Below, piece by piece: positions 9,631-19,749 of a DNA stretch of 64,000 bases (position 1 is the first letter of the stretch; every line of letters starts with the position of its first letter). The notes under the pieces are model-generated. The model saw only the letters and a list, made by a program, of their open reading frames with translations, was not told where the DNA came from and did not search any database. Made by a program: the position numbers and the translations under genes. The DNA is from a virus (taxonomy: Duplodnaviria > Heunggongvirae > Uroviricota > Caudoviricetes): the IMG/VR virus record IMGVR_UViG_3300024507_000282, positions 40,861 to 104,860 of that record. The stretch is one strand, 5' to 3'.

Positions 9631-10323
9631 ATGACTACGACATTATTACAGCCAAAATATACCTACACTAAACTTAATAGAGATGAATCCACTGGCAAGC
9701 GTTTATATGCTTGCCCAGATGGGTTTAAAGTTCCCAGTGTAACAACAATCCTAGATAAAACTAAACCAGCAGAAGCCCGTGAAGCACTGGCTAATTGGAA
9801 AAAGGCTGTTGGCGAACAAAAAGCACAACAGATTACCACCGAAGCCGCCAGTCGCGGAACTAGGATGCACACATACCTAGAAAACTACATTAAAGGTGAG
9901 CCACTAAAAGAAAGTGTGAGTAACCCTTATGCACAACAAAGCCTGGACATGGCTAAGATTGTTATTGCACAAGGATTCCCTAAAATTAAGGAAGTATGGG
10001 GCAGTGAAGTTCCTTTGTATTTCCCAGAATTATATGCAGGAACCACAGACTGTGTAGGCATACACGAAGGCGACGAAAGTATCCTAGACTTTAAGCAGAC
10101 TAACAAACCCAAGAAACTTGAGTGGATCGAGGATTACTTTTTACAGTTAACAGCCTACGCTCTAGCACACAACGAAATACACGGCACTAATATACGCAAG
10201 GGTGTTATTTTAATGTGTAGCAAAGACTACGAATATCAAGAGTTTATATTAGAACCTTCAGATTTTGACTACTGGACAAATCGCTGGTGTGACAGGGTGG
10301 CACAATATTATAGACTACCCTAA
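9631..10323 (+). CDS. PD-(D/E)XK nuclease (Cas4/RecB-like exonuclease fold)
   Basis: motifs GTTDCVGI...ILDFKQT and QLTAYAL (D, E-x-K, QxxxY); four Cys spread along the sequence (C28, C152, C207, C222), no Cas4-type C-terminal CxxC clustering apparent. Confidence 0.55.
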   Translation: MTTTLLQPKYTYTKLNRDESTGKRLYACPDGFKVPSVTTILDKTKPAEAREALANWKKAVGEQKAQQITTEAASRGTRMHTYLENYIKGEPLKESVSNPYAQQSLDMAKIVIAQGFPKIKEVWGSEVPLYFPELYAGTTDCVGIHEGDESILDFKQTNKPKKLEWIEDYFLQLTAYALAHNEIHGTNIRKGVILMCSKDYEYQEFILEPSDFDYWTNRWCDRVAQYYRLP

Positions 10324-10356
10324 ACACATAAATACAGTCATAACGGAGTGTAGATT

Positions 10357-11985
10357 ATGGCTGTAGTGCAAATATCAAAAATTCAGCATCGAAGAGGACG
10401 TAAAAATTCAGGTACTAGTTTACCGCAGTTAGCCAGCGGAGAAATTGGTTGGGCAATTGACACGCAAGAATTGTTCATAGGTAATGGTAGTGTTAGTGAA
10501 GGTGCTCCGTATGTGGGCAACACTAAAATTATTACAGAACACGACAACATTCTTGACCTAGCATTACAATATCAGTACAAGAGAAATGATGCCACAATCC
10601 AAACAGGTCCAAGCGCCGCGCAACCGATACAACGTACTGTTCAAGAACGTCTTGATGATGTAGTTTCTGTTAGAGCATTTGGTGCTGTGGGAAATGGTAC
10701 TACAGACGATACATTAGCCATTCAACGTGCTATTGATCAATTATATCTAAACGATGCTACCAAAGGATCTACAGCCAGCAGAATTAAATTAGTGTTTGAA
10801 GCAGGTATCTATAAAATTACTTCTCCACTACGTATTCCTCCTTATGCAAACTTACAAGGTGCTGGCAAAGATAAAACAGTGATTCGCCAGACAGGTGCAT
10901 TTGCAGTAGCATATACAGTTGGTAGCGACAGTACTCCAGGTGTCTATACAGACACATCTACTATGACCAGTTTAAATCAACCACAGTTAATAGGCATGTC
11001 CGACATGACCTTAGAAAATACTGTGGCAAATAAGCCTGGCTTAGAATTAATAGCCGCTAAAAATTCTACATTTAGTAATCTAAAGATTAAAGGTGTATGG
11101 GCATACCCAAGTACAGCCTTAAATGCAGACAGCGTTGGATTAAGATTAGTGGCAAAATCAGCCAGCGTATCTTGTACTGGTAATTTGTTTGACAATGTTG
11201 ACATTACAAACTTTGCTTATGGTATCGACAGTACATACGACATCGAATCTAATCATTTTACCAACAGTACATTCTATGAACTACGTAGAGGAATTAGATT
11301 TGGCCACAACGTAGATTCATTAGCCAGTGGACGTCAGTATGGTCCGCACGAAAACAAAGTTACACATTCACGTTTTTCTAGAATTACAGAAACTGGATAC
11401 GAAATTATTGCAGGTACAGGCAACGTATCTGAAAGCAATACCTATGTACAAGTTGGTAATGACGGCGGTACTGAAGAAACTGCAACCTATGAAGTAGTTA
11501 ATTTTGTTTCAGGCGGTAACGTTTCTACTAACGATTACTTTGAAAGAAGTATCGAATTAACTTCTAATCCAACATACTTGAATTCTATTCCTTATATTCC
11601 AGAAGTAAAAGGCATAGTAAAATCGGAACACAAATACAACAACGAAATTTATATCGACTCGGGTGCAACTGGTAGTCCGTTTATTAAACTGCCTGCTAAT
11701 ACCAGCACTTCTCACATCATTCATTATTTCTATACAAGCCCTGCACAGGCCGTTACAAGACAAGGAACTATTTTTGTTAATGTAGATAGAGAAAATGATC
11801 TAGTACACCTTACAGACGACTGTAGTACCATTGGTAATTCTTCAAACATTGAAGACCTAAGTTTTTCAGCAACTTTAGAAAACGCAGGAACATTTACCAA
11901 TGATCCAACTGTGTTTGTTAGATATACAAATACAGCAGTCTCTGAGGATGGTTATATTAACTATTGGTACGAAACAATTAGTTAA
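10357..11985 (+). CDS. tailspike/fibre protein with pectate-lyase-like beta-helix domain
   Basis: RAFGAVGNGTTDDTLAIQRAID signature of pectate_lyase_3/GH28-type beta-helix; conserved phage fibre N-terminus SGEIGWAIDT..LFIGNG. Confidence 0.6.
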   Translation: MAVVQISKIQHRRGRKNSGTSLPQLASGEIGWAIDTQELFIGNGSVSEGAPYVGNTKIITEHDNILDLALQYQYKRNDATIQTGPSAAQPIQRTVQERLDDVVSVRAFGAVGNGTTDDTLAIQRAIDQLYLNDATKGSTASRIKLVFEAGIYKITSPLRIPPYANLQGAGKDKTVIRQTGAFAVAYTVGSDSTPGVYTDTSTMTSLNQPQLIGMSDMTLENTVANKPGLELIAAKNSTFSNLKIKGVWAYPSTALNADSVGLRLVAKSASVSCTGNLFDNVDITNFAYGIDSTYDIESNHFTNSTFYELRRGIRFGHNVDSLASGRQYGPHENKVTHSRFSRITETGYEIIAGTGNVSESNTYVQVGNDGGTEETATYEVVNFVSGGNVSTNDYFERSIELTSNPTYLNSIPYIPEVKGIVKSEHKYNNEIYIDSGATGSPFIKLPANTSTSHIIHYFYTSPAQAVTRQGTIFVNVDRENDLVHLTDDCSTIGNSSNIEDLSFSATLENAGTFTNDPTVFVRYTNTAVSEDGYINYWYETIS

Positions 11986-11988
11986 TAC

Positions 11989-12414
11989 ATGGTTCTCAAA
12001 CGATTCGAAGATCGCCTAGCCGCCTGGAGAGGTCTCAGAGACCAATTAACCTCTGACACTGATCCAATTCAAACAGCCATAGACTTTTGGAACACAATTC
12101 CAAAATCTGTGCGTAACATCGATCCTTATGACCAAACAACATGGCCAGATCCATGGGAGATGATTGAGGAGAATGTCTATTGCGAGTACACCGCAACACT
12201 GGCAATTGGATATACATTAATGCTAACTGAAAAATTTAAAGATTGGCATTATGAGATTCAAGTTGGCCTTGACAAAGAACAGTCCAAGTTATATTATATG
12301 TTAATTGCGGGCGACCGTGTAATAGGACTAGACCAAGAAAAAAGTGTGCATATTAAAGACATTCCAAAGAACATACATATAGAAAAAACTCATGTATTGT
12401 CCGAACAGTTTTGA
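11989..12414 (+). CDS. hypothetical protein
   Basis: 141 aa ORF immediately after tailspike gene. Confidence 0.5.
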   Translation: MVLKRFEDRLAAWRGLRDQLTSDTDPIQTAIDFWNTIPKSVRNIDPYDQTTWPDPWEMIEENVYCEYTATLAIGYTLMLTEKFKDWHYEIQVGLDKEQSKLYYMLIAGDRVIGLDQEKSVHIKDIPKNIHIEKTHVLSEQF

Positions 12415-12451
12415 ACAGTACTAAATATCATACTTTGCAATCGAGGCGTAA

Positions 12452-14779
12452 ATGACAAATATAACAGTAATAAAAAGAAACGGTAACAGAGAGAAATTAA
12501 CGATTGAAAAGTGGCAGGCACAGGTAGCGAAAGTATGTGCTGGTATTGCAGACGTAAGTCAGTCGATGATTGAAATTAAAGCACAGCCTCATTTCTATGA
12601 TGGCATTACTACTCAAGAAATCGATGAAATTACACTACGAGCGATTGTAGATTTAATTGACGTTGAACATAATCCAGATGTAGGTCATGTAAATTATCAA
12701 TATGTAGCAGGCAAGCAACGCTTGAGTATGCTACGTAAGGATGTATATGGCGAATACGAGCCTCCTCGCCTCTACGAGATCGTAAAGAAAAATATTGAAG
12801 TCGGACTATACACACCAGAACTAATGAATTGGTATAGCGAAGATGATTGGAATAGAATGGATGATATGTTAGACCATTCTAAAGATGAAGAGTATAGTTA
12901 TGCGGCTATTGAGCAGTTAATAGAGAAGTATTTGGTACGCAATCGTGCGACAAAGGAAATTTATGAAACTCCACAGGTTAGATATATGGTGGCCGCGGCT
13001 ACAGTCTTCCATAAGGAAGAACCGAATAGTGCAAGAATGCGTTACATTAAAGAATACTATGCGGCAGCATCCGATGGTTTGTTTACTCTTGCTACACCTG
13101 TGTTGGCAGGGCTTGGCACTCCAACTAAGCAGTTTTCTAGTTGTGTTCTTATCCGCAGTGACGACGATCTGGATAGCATATTTGCTTCTGGAGAGATGAT
13201 GGCTAAGTACGCCAGTAAGAGAGCGGGGATTGGATTGGAAATCGGTCGACTACGCCCATTGGGCTCCCCGATCCGTGGTGGAGAAATCATGCACACTGGC
13301 ATGATCCCCTTCTTGAAGAAGTGGTTCGGTGATTTAAGGAGTTGCAGTCAAGGAGGCATTCGTAATGCAAGTGCTACTGTGTTTTATCCTATTTGGCATC
13401 ATCAGTTCGATGATCTTATTGTTCTCAAGAATAATCAAGGAACTGAGGAGACAAGAGTCCGCCACATGGACTACGGAGTCGTCCTCTCAGCGTTCTTTTG
13501 GCGCCGATTCAAGAACAAAGAAAACATAACATTCTTTGATCCTAATGAAGTACCAGATTTGTACGAAGCATTTTATCAGGATACTAAACTATTTGAAGAA
13601 TTATATGTCAAATATGAAAAGCAAAAAGATCTTCGCAAGAAAGTAATTTCAGCAGAAGAAGTTTTTAAAGGCGGTATTCTAAAAGAACGTACAGACACAG
13701 GACGTATCTATCTTGTGTTTGTAGACAACGTAATGAACCAAGGTCCATTTGATCCTGAGTATCATACAATCTATCAAAGTAATTTGTGCTGTGAAATACT
13801 ATTACCTACTAAGCCATTTAAGCGTCTCGATGACGATGCTGGTCGTATCGCTCTCTGTACTCTGGGCTCCATTAATTGGGGAGCATTCCGCAATCCTGAG
13901 GATATGCGTAGAGCTTGCCGCATCCTTCAGCGTAGTCTATGCAACATACTGGACTACCAAGACTTCCTAAGTATTCAAAGTAAACTAAGCAACGACGAAA
14001 TCCAACCATTGGGTATTGGCGTTACTAACTTAGCATACTGGCACGCCAAGCGTGGACTCAAGTATGGCGAAAAAGATGCACTACAAGATGTCAAGACATG
14101 GATGGAGCATCAAGCCTACTACCTAACAGAAGCCACAGTTGAATTGGCCAAAGAACGTGGACCTTGTCTGCATAGCGCACATACACGATACGGTCAGGGA
14201 GAGTTTCCTTGGGAGTTACGTGCTAAAGGTGTTAATGAACTAGCAGACTTTACTCCGGAACTTGATTGGGAAACTTTGCGTGGCGAGATGTTAGAACACG
14301 GAGTTAGAAATGCTACACTTATGGCCATTGCCCCTGTTGAAAGTTCTAGTGTTGTCATTAACAGCACTAATGGCATTGAAATGCCTATGTCGCTTATTTC
14401 AGTTAAGGAAAGCAAAGCAGGTTCCTTTGTACAAGTTGTCCCCGAGTATCATAAACTCAAGAACAAATATCAAATGATGTGGGAACAGAAAGACTGCGAT
14501 GGTTACTTAAAGACTGCGGCTGTACTTGCGGCCTATGTTGACCAGTCAATTAGTACAAACACATTCTACAATCCAGCACACTTTGCGGATCGTAAAGTGC
14601 CAACTACATTGATTGCTAAGAACTTGATGCAGGCACACTACTGGGGACTAAAAACTTTCTATTATAGCCTAATCAACAAGGCAGGTAGTAAAGCCAAAGA
14701 AGAAGAACTAGTACAAACTGTAGCACAGAATTATGTAGAAGTAGATTTAGAAGACGATTGTGAGGCATGTAAATTATAA
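12452..14779 (+). CDS. nrdA: ribonucleoside-diphosphate reductase class Ia alpha subunit
   Basis: ATP-cone N-terminus; active-site NLCCEI; C-terminal CEACKL redox pair; 775 aa. Confidence 0.9.
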   Translation: MTNITVIKRNGNREKLTIEKWQAQVAKVCAGIADVSQSMIEIKAQPHFYDGITTQEIDEITLRAIVDLIDVEHNPDVGHVNYQYVAGKQRLSMLRKDVYGEYEPPRLYEIVKKNIEVGLYTPELMNWYSEDDWNRMDDMLDHSKDEEYSYAAIEQLIEKYLVRNRATKEIYETPQVRYMVAAATVFHKEEPNSARMRYIKEYYAAASDGLFTLATPVLAGLGTPTKQFSSCVLIRSDDDLDSIFASGEMMAKYASKRAGIGLEIGRLRPLGSPIRGGEIMHTGMIPFLKKWFGDLRSCSQGGIRNASATVFYPIWHHQFDDLIVLKNNQGTEETRVRHMDYGVVLSAFFWRRFKNKENITFFDPNEVPDLYEAFYQDTKLFEELYVKYEKQKDLRKKVISAEEVFKGGILKERTDTGRIYLVFVDNVMNQGPFDPEYHTIYQSNLCCEILLPTKPFKRLDDDAGRIALCTLGSINWGAFRNPEDMRRACRILQRSLCNILDYQDFLSIQSKLSNDEIQPLGIGVTNLAYWHAKRGLKYGEKDALQDVKTWMEHQAYYLTEATVELAKERGPCLHSAHTRYGQGEFPWELRAKGVNELADFTPELDWETLRGEMLEHGVRNATLMAIAPVESSSVVINSTNGIEMPMSLISVKESKAGSFVQVVPEYHKLKNKYQMMWEQKDCDGYLKTAAVLAAYVDQSISTNTFYNPAHFADRKVPTTLIAKNLMQAHYWGLKTFYYSLINKAGSKAKEEELVQTVAQNYVEVDLEDDCEACKL

Positions 14780-14952
14780 TGGACGCTTACGACATACATC
14801 AAGAAATATTTAAAGCGTGGCAACAGTTGGCACACAAGGCCGATGCTACGAATATTAAGAAAAACTTTACTGAAGTTCCTGTGTACGTCGATGGCCGTCC
14901 AGTTAAACGTGTAACAATCGTAGACGGACAAATAACATTGGAAACAAAATGA
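14779..14952 (+). CDS. small ORF between nrdA and nrdB (57 aa)
   Basis: ATG overlaps nrdA stop (TAATG) and its stop overlaps nrdB start (ATGA): coupling on both sides. Confidence 0.35.
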   Translation: MDAYDIHQEIFKAWQQLAHKADATNIKKNFTEVPVYVDGRPVKRVTIVDGQITLETK

Positions 14953-16049
14953 GTAAAGCGCAATACAATTTAAACACAAAGACAGACTATCTTAATCGTA
15001 AGATGTTCTTGGACCCACAGGGTCCTGTTACTATTCAAAGATTTGAGGAAGTAAAGTATCCTAAAATTCAAAATTTCGAAACTACTGCTCGCGGCTTCTT
15101 TTGGGTACCTGAAGAAATTAGTTTAACTAAGGACGCACAGGACTTTAAAGATGCCAGCGATGCCGTAAAACATATCTTTACATCTAACTTGTTGCGTCAA
15201 ACAGCGTTAGATAGTTTACAAGGCCGTGGCCCAAGTCAAATCTTTACTCCGGTCGTAAGTCTGCCAGAACTAGAAGCACTGGTTTACAACTGGACATTCT
15301 TTGAAACAAATATTCATAGTCGTAGTTACAGTCATATCATCCGTAACATCTATAATGTGCCTAAAGAAGTATTCAATACTATCCACGACACTAAAGAGAT
15401 TGTAGACATGGCTAGTAGTGTAGGCAAGTATTATGACGACCTACACTTAATTAACTGCCGCAAAGAACTAGGCGAAGAAATTTCCGAAGTAGAACACGTC
15501 AAGTCAATTTGGTTAGCGTTGAACGCAAGTTATGCCTTAGAAGCATTCCGCTTTATGGTATCGTTTGCTACAAGTCTAGCAATGGTAGAAAATAAAATCT
15601 TTATTGGTAATGGCAACATTATCAGTTTAATTCTACAAGATGAATTACTACACAAAGGTTGGACTGCCTATTTGATCAATCAAGTAGTCAAAGAAGATCC
15701 TCGCTTTGCTCGAATCAAGACAGAGTGTGAAGCAGAAGTCTTGGCGCTATATATGGATGTAATACGTGAAGAAAAAGCATGGGCCGACTACTTGTTCCAA
15801 AAAGGACCAGTGATTGGATTAAACGCTAACATTCTTAAAGACTTTGTAGATTACACCGCATATAACGCACTCAAGGAGATTGGCATTAAGTACACTAACC
15901 CTGCACCTAAGACAACTCCTATTCCTTGGTTTAACAAGCACAGCGATACTAGTAAAAAACAAACTGCTCTACAAGAGAATGAAAGCACTAACTACGTTAT
16001 TGGCGTTATGAGCGATGCAATCGATTATGACGCATTACCAAATTTATAA
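14949..16049 (+). CDS. nrdB: ribonucleoside-diphosphate reductase class Ia beta subunit
   Basis: ferritin-like di-iron helices, 366 aa, adjacent to nrdA. Confidence 0.85.
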   Translation: MSKAQYNLNTKTDYLNRKMFLDPQGPVTIQRFEEVKYPKIQNFETTARGFFWVPEEISLTKDAQDFKDASDAVKHIFTSNLLRQTALDSLQGRGPSQIFTPVVSLPELEALVYNWTFFETNIHSRSYSHIIRNIYNVPKEVFNTIHDTKEIVDMASSVGKYYDDLHLINCRKELGEEISEVEHVKSIWLALNASYALEAFRFMVSFATSLAMVENKIFIGNGNIISLILQDELLHKGWTAYLINQVVKEDPRFARIKTECEAEVLALYMDVIREEKAWADYLFQKGPVIGLNANILKDFVDYTAYNALKEIGIKYTNPAPKTTPIPWFNKHSDTSKKQTALQENESTNYVIGVMSDAIDYDALPNL

Positions 16050-16058
16050 GAGAGAAGT

Positions 16059-16301
16059 ATGATTACAGTATATTCAAAACAAAACTGTCCGTTTTGTGAC
16101 AGAGCAAAAGCATTGTTAGAAAGCAAAGGTATTCCATTTAAAACAATTATGATGGAAGATGAACCAGATGCACGTGAGTTCCTTATGGATCAAGGCTTGC
16201 GTAGTGTTCCACAAATTTTTAAGGATGGCGTTCTCCTTCCTGGTGGCTATCAGGGCCTAGCAGGTAAAGACGAAGCATTTTTTGAAACATTAAAGGGATA
16301 A
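16059..16301 (+). CDS. glutaredoxin (NrdC-like)
   Basis: CPFCDRAK active site, 80 aa, directly after nrdAB. Confidence 0.8.
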   Translation: MITVYSKQNCPFCDRAKALLESKGIPFKTIMMEDEPDAREFLMDQGLRSVPQIFKDGVLLPGGYQGLAGKDEAFFETLKG

Positions 16302-16302
16302 T

Positions 16303-16596
16303 ATGTTAATTGACAAAGGCGTATCAGTAGGCGAAGTAATTACACTTAAACTAACTTCAGGAGAAGAATTAGTAGCCAAACTTACAGAGGAAACAGCAAC
16401 TTACTATAAGTTGAGTAAGCCAATGGTTATTGGTATGGGTGCAAAAGGACCAGGACTTATGCCGTATTTGTTTACAGTAAGTCCCGACAAAGAAGTTAAA
16501 CTACTTAAGACTACTGTAACTGTAGCAGAAGCAACAGACAAACAGTTTGCAGATCAGTTCATTCAAACAACAACTGGGATCACGTTAGCGTCTTAA
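16303..16596 (+). CDS. hypothetical protein
   Basis: 97 aa ORF coupled to glutaredoxin gene. Confidence 0.45.
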   Translation: MLIDKGVSVGEVITLKLTSGEELVAKLTEETATYYKLSKPMVIGMGAKGPGLMPYLFTVSPDKEVKLLKTTVTVAEATDKQFADQFIQTTTGITLAS

Positions 16597-18258
16597 TTAC
16601 GCTGAAAACGGTTGATCTAAACTACTAGGCAAGGCCGCTTCAGGCTTTGCCTTTATCAAATCCGCATACGTTTTAAAATATTTTGCTTCCTCTTCATCGG
16701 ATAATACAGCCGATGTTTTAATAGCAGTTTCAATACTCAACGGTGCTTCGCCGTATGTTTTATTTTCGTCAAATAACTTTTTAAGCAATTGCCACTGACG
16801 TGCTCTCTCATTAGTTTGAGCTTGAGTACGACTAGCACCTTTCCAAAAAACAGAATATTCTTGGAAGTTTGCGTTAAGTTTATCACGCTTATCTGAGTAA
16901 TACGTTTCTTCGGCTGTTCTAGTAGCAGGATCTGGTTTGTCTTTTACTACTTGTCTTCCTTTATCTCGTATAGCAACATATCCAGGGTACCAAGCATTAA
17001 GATTTTTTTCAAAATTATCTTTGGCAGTAATAGTCTCGAAGTAAGTCCTAATTTGTCTCCATTTTATTGCATAGGCTTCAACAAATGCCTCTGAAATTTT
17101 TTCATTAGGATCTTTGCCAAAGATTCCTGTTTTAGGTGTAGTTGTAGTAGTAGTTTCAGGTTCTTTAATTTTTGTTTCTTTAATCTCAGACTCTGGAGAC
17201 TTAGGCGGTTGTGCTGGATTGCTGGCAGCGGCCTGTGCAACAACTTTATTAATTTGTGCGGCACTAACTTGACTAGCATCAATCGTAGCGGCCCTGGCCG
17301 TGGCCATAATGCCACCTGCAGGTTGAGCCAATTGATTAGCAAATGCAAATGCCTTTAAATCTGCAACACCTGCACTAACAGCCGTATTGGCTTTAGTTTC
17401 GATTGCACCAAATGCCGCAGTAAGACCAGCACCCGCAGTAGTCATAGCAGTTTTTAAATTTGCTAGACTACTTAACTTACTGGCATTATCAGGATTAGCG
17501 GCAAATGTAGTATATGCCGGATTAGTAATAGGAGGACCACTGGGATTCTGTGGATCCGGGATAGTCTGCGGAGGTACACTATTAGCAAACGAAGTAATTG
17601 ATGCGCCTGCGCCGGTGGCAAGACTTGATACTTTATCTAAACCTGCCTTAGCAAAATTAGATGCGGTGTTTAATGCCGCAGGAAGTTTTGCACCAAAGTC
17701 TGCTCCTGCCTGTGCTACAGTTTTACTAACAGCCTCTGCCTGTGCTTTTAGAGCGGCAGGTCCATCTTGAAATATAGCCAATGCACCGCTGGCGGCTTTT
17801 AGTTGTTCTTCAGTTGGTGGTGCACCGGCTGCTAATGCTTTCTTAGTTGTTAGATCCATATTAGCCTGTGCTACTGCCATTAATTTAGGAAGTTGCGCCT
17901 GCGCCGCGGCCATCTTTGCGGCTACTGCGGCCTGTGCAGAAGCAAGTCCTTCGCTGACATCAGAAGGCAATGATCCAGCAACGTCGCCGATTTTATTAAT
18001 CGAAGCGGTAATACTTTTATTAATAGATCCATTTTTAATAGCATCTATAGTAGCATTTAAACTAGGACCATTAGAATCTGCCGGGGGAGTAAATGTGCCT
18101 GCATCTGCAGGAGGCTTAGGAAATGAACTGGCTATCTTCTTTGCCGCATCATTAACTATACTAGCCGCAGATTTGATTAATGTACCGGTTTGTTGACCAA
18201 ATCCATTAGTAGCAAAATCAAACCCATCTGGTGGGCTAGGTAAATTTAGTAAAGGCAT
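16597..18258 (-). CDS. Ala-rich low-complexity virion/tail-associated protein (function unknown)
   Basis: 553 aa, directly downstream of the PAAR gene on the same strand; long AxxA helical low-complexity stretches. Confidence 0.45.
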   Translation of the reverse strand: MPLLNLPSPPDGFDFATNGFGQQTGTLIKSAASIVNDAAKKIASSFPKPPADAGTFTPPADSNGPSLNATIDAIKNGSINKSITASINKIGDVAGSLPSDVSEGLASAQAAVAAKMAAAQAQLPKLMAVAQANMDLTTKKALAAGAPPTEEQLKAASGALAIFQDGPAALKAQAEAVSKTVAQAGADFGAKLPAALNTASNFAKAGLDKVSSLATGAGASITSFANSVPPQTIPDPQNPSGPPITNPAYTTFAANPDNASKLSSLANLKTAMTTAGAGLTAAFGAIETKANTAVSAGVADLKAFAFANQLAQPAGGIMATARAATIDASQVSAAQINKVVAQAAASNPAQPPKSPESEIKETKIKEPETTTTTTPKTGIFGKDPNEKISEAFVEAYAIKWRQIRTYFETITAKDNFEKNLNAWYPGYVAIRDKGRQVVKDKPDPATRTAEETYYSDKRDKLNANFQEYSVFWKGASRTQAQTNERARQWQLLKKLFDENKTYGEAPLSIETAIKTSAVLSDEEEAKYFKTYADLIKAKPEAALPSSLDQPFSA

Positions 18259-18260
18259 TG

Positions 18261-18584
18261 TTACGCTCCGTCATTAAACACATTAGAACTTCCGGTGATA
18301 GTTGTATATGTATCTCCGCCTTGTCCAAGGCCTGTATCTCCAATACGATGCACAGGCAAGTTTTCTGCAAACACAGTAGCAGATCCAGTAAGTGTTTGGC
18401 TAGTATGTCCGCAGGATTGTTCGCCAGGATCTCTAGTGGCTACTAGTTGTGCTAGGTTGTTTGTAAACACAGTACTGCATCCGGCAATGTGTGTGGTAGT
18501 ATAATCTACCGGTGGGCTAGGGGAGTGCAAAGGACATTTTCCTTCTCCCAAATCTGTTAATCTTGCTAGTGCTGGCATATTCAT
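18261..18584 (-). CDS. PAAR-repeat spike-tip protein (T4 gp5.4-like)
   Basis: 107 aa, Gly/Thr/His-rich with VHRIGD-type PAAR repeat and conserved Cys/His. Confidence 0.6.
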   Translation of the reverse strand: MNMPALARLTDLGEGKCPLHSPSPPVDYTTTHIAGCSTVFTNNLAQLVATRDPGEQSCGHTSQTLTGSATVFAENLPVHRIGDTGLGQGGDTYTTITGSSNVFNDGA

Positions 18585-18593
18585 ATTTATCGG

Positions 18594-18622
18594 TTGACAA
18601 CTACCAAAAATAATACTAAACT
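18594..18622 (+). promoter_or_regulatory. sigma70-like promoter (TTGACA-N17-TAAACT)
   Basis: consensus -35, 17-nt spacer, TAnnnT -10, 40 nt before iscA-like ATG. Confidence 0.4.
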
Positions 18623-18664
18623 ACGATAATTGTGCGATAAATATTACTACAACGGAGACACGAC

Positions 18665-18970
18665 ATGATTACAATAACAGAAACCGCTGAAAAAGAAATT
18701 CAAATGGTGCTGGATGAAAGCAAAGAAAAATACCTTAGAATTGCAATAGAAGGTGGAGGATGTTCGGGATTTAATTACGTGTTCGATTTTGCAAAAAACA
18801 AAGAAGAAGACGACTTTGAATTTGGTAGAATATTAATAGATTCAATGAGCATGAACTATTTGCAAGGAGCCAAAGTCGACTTTATCGATGACTTAATGGG
18901 CTCTAGTTTTAATATTGAAAATCCAAATGCACAAACAACTTGTGGATGTGGAAGTTCGTTTTCAGTTTAA
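18665..18970 (+). CDS. iscA: Fe-S cluster assembly protein IscA/HesB family
   Basis: C-terminal CGCGSSF signature, about 100 aa. Confidence 0.75.
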   Translation: MITITETAEKEIQMVLDESKEKYLRIAIEGGGCSGFNYVFDFAKNKEEDDFEFGRILIDSMSMNYLQGAKVDFIDDLMGSSFNIENPNAQTTCGCGSSFSV

Positions 18971-18979
18971 GGAGATTAA

Positions 18980-19369
18980 ATGGCTTATTCCGATAGAGTT
19001 ATAGATCACTACGAAAATCCTCGCAACGTAGGTAGTTTCCCTAAAGACGAGGAAGGCGTTGGCACAGGCATGGTGGGAGCACCTGCTTGCGGCGACGTGA
19101 TGAAGTTACAAATTAAAGTTAATAACGAGGGCATTATTGAGGATGCGAAATTCAAGACATACGGATGCGGAAGTGCTATTGCTAGTTCATCGTTGGTCAC
19201 CGAGTGGCTCAAAGGAAAAACGTTGGATCAAGCGGGAGAGATTAAGAACAGCGCGATTGCCGAAGAACTTGCACTTCCACCCGTTAAAATCCATTGTTCA
19301 ATTCTTGCGGAAGATGCTATCAAAGCCGCAGTAGCAGACTACAAGGCAAAAAATGATATCACTGTCTGA
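18980..19369 (+). CDS. iscU: Fe-S cluster scaffold IscU/NifU family
   Basis: [15 protein letters not shown] and [13 protein letters not shown] blocks; GGAG SD. Confidence 0.8.
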   Translation: MAYSDRVIDHYENPRNVGSFPKDEEGVGTGMVGAPACGDVMKLQIKVNNEGIIEDAKFKTYGCGSAIASSSLVTEWLKGKTLDQAGEIKNSAIAEELALPPVKIHCSILAEDAIKAAVADYKAKNDITV

Positions 19370-19673
19370 GAAAGCCGCAGAGCGAGTAAAGATTACACTA
19401 GACCGTAGGGGCAAAGGGCTAGGCATTCGATTAGGTGTTAAAACTACAGGCTGTAGTGGAATGGCTTATATGATTGAATTTGTTGACGAGCCCACAAAAG
19501 AAGATATGAGTTTTGTTAGTCACGGTGTACACGTATTTGTTGATCCAAAAAGTCTAGCATACCTGGACGGTGTACAAGTTGAATGGGTAAAGAAAGGTCT
19601 TAACGAAGGATTTGACTTTACCAATCCAAATGAACGTGACCGTTGTGGCTGTGGCGAGTCATTTCGAGTATAA
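19353..19673 (+). CDS. second IscA/HesB-family protein
   Basis: C-terminal CGCGESF signature. Confidence 0.7.
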   Translation: MISLSEKAAERVKITLDRRGKGLGIRLGVKTTGCSGMAYMIEFVDEPTKEDMSFVSHGVHVFVDPKSLAYLDGVQVEWVKKGLNEGFDFTNPNERDRCGCGESFRV

Positions 19674-19683
19674 ACCAAAACAC

Positions 19684-19712
19684 TTGACAGTTACCAAAAG
19701 TTGTTATATAAT
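19684..19712 (+). promoter_or_regulatory. perfect-consensus sigma70 promoter TTGACA-N17-TATAAT
   Basis: exact consensus hexamers with 17-nt spacer. Confidence 0.6.
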
Positions 19713-19749
19713 AATCCTATAGTAACAATATTTGGAGGTAACTTTGAGT

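Noticed and set aside
12630-14415. Several 60-85 aa ORFs inside nrdA in other frames or antisense (12630-12815, 12945-13199, 13057-13302, 13749-13970, 14194-14415); similar ones inside 16597-18258, dnaK, rIIA and the curlin genes
   Set aside because: Fully embedded in strongly supported long genes, no SD, typical alternative-frame artefacts.
12452-16049. Group I intron or homing endonuclease in nrdA/nrdB, as in T4
   Set aside because: Both reading frames are continuous and of normal length; only a 57-aa coupled ORF lies between them.
16303-16596. 97-aa protein after the glutaredoxin gene as a GroES/gp31-type co-chaperonin
   Set aside because: No mobile-loop or GroES signature recognisable; size alone is not evidence, so it is left hypothetical.
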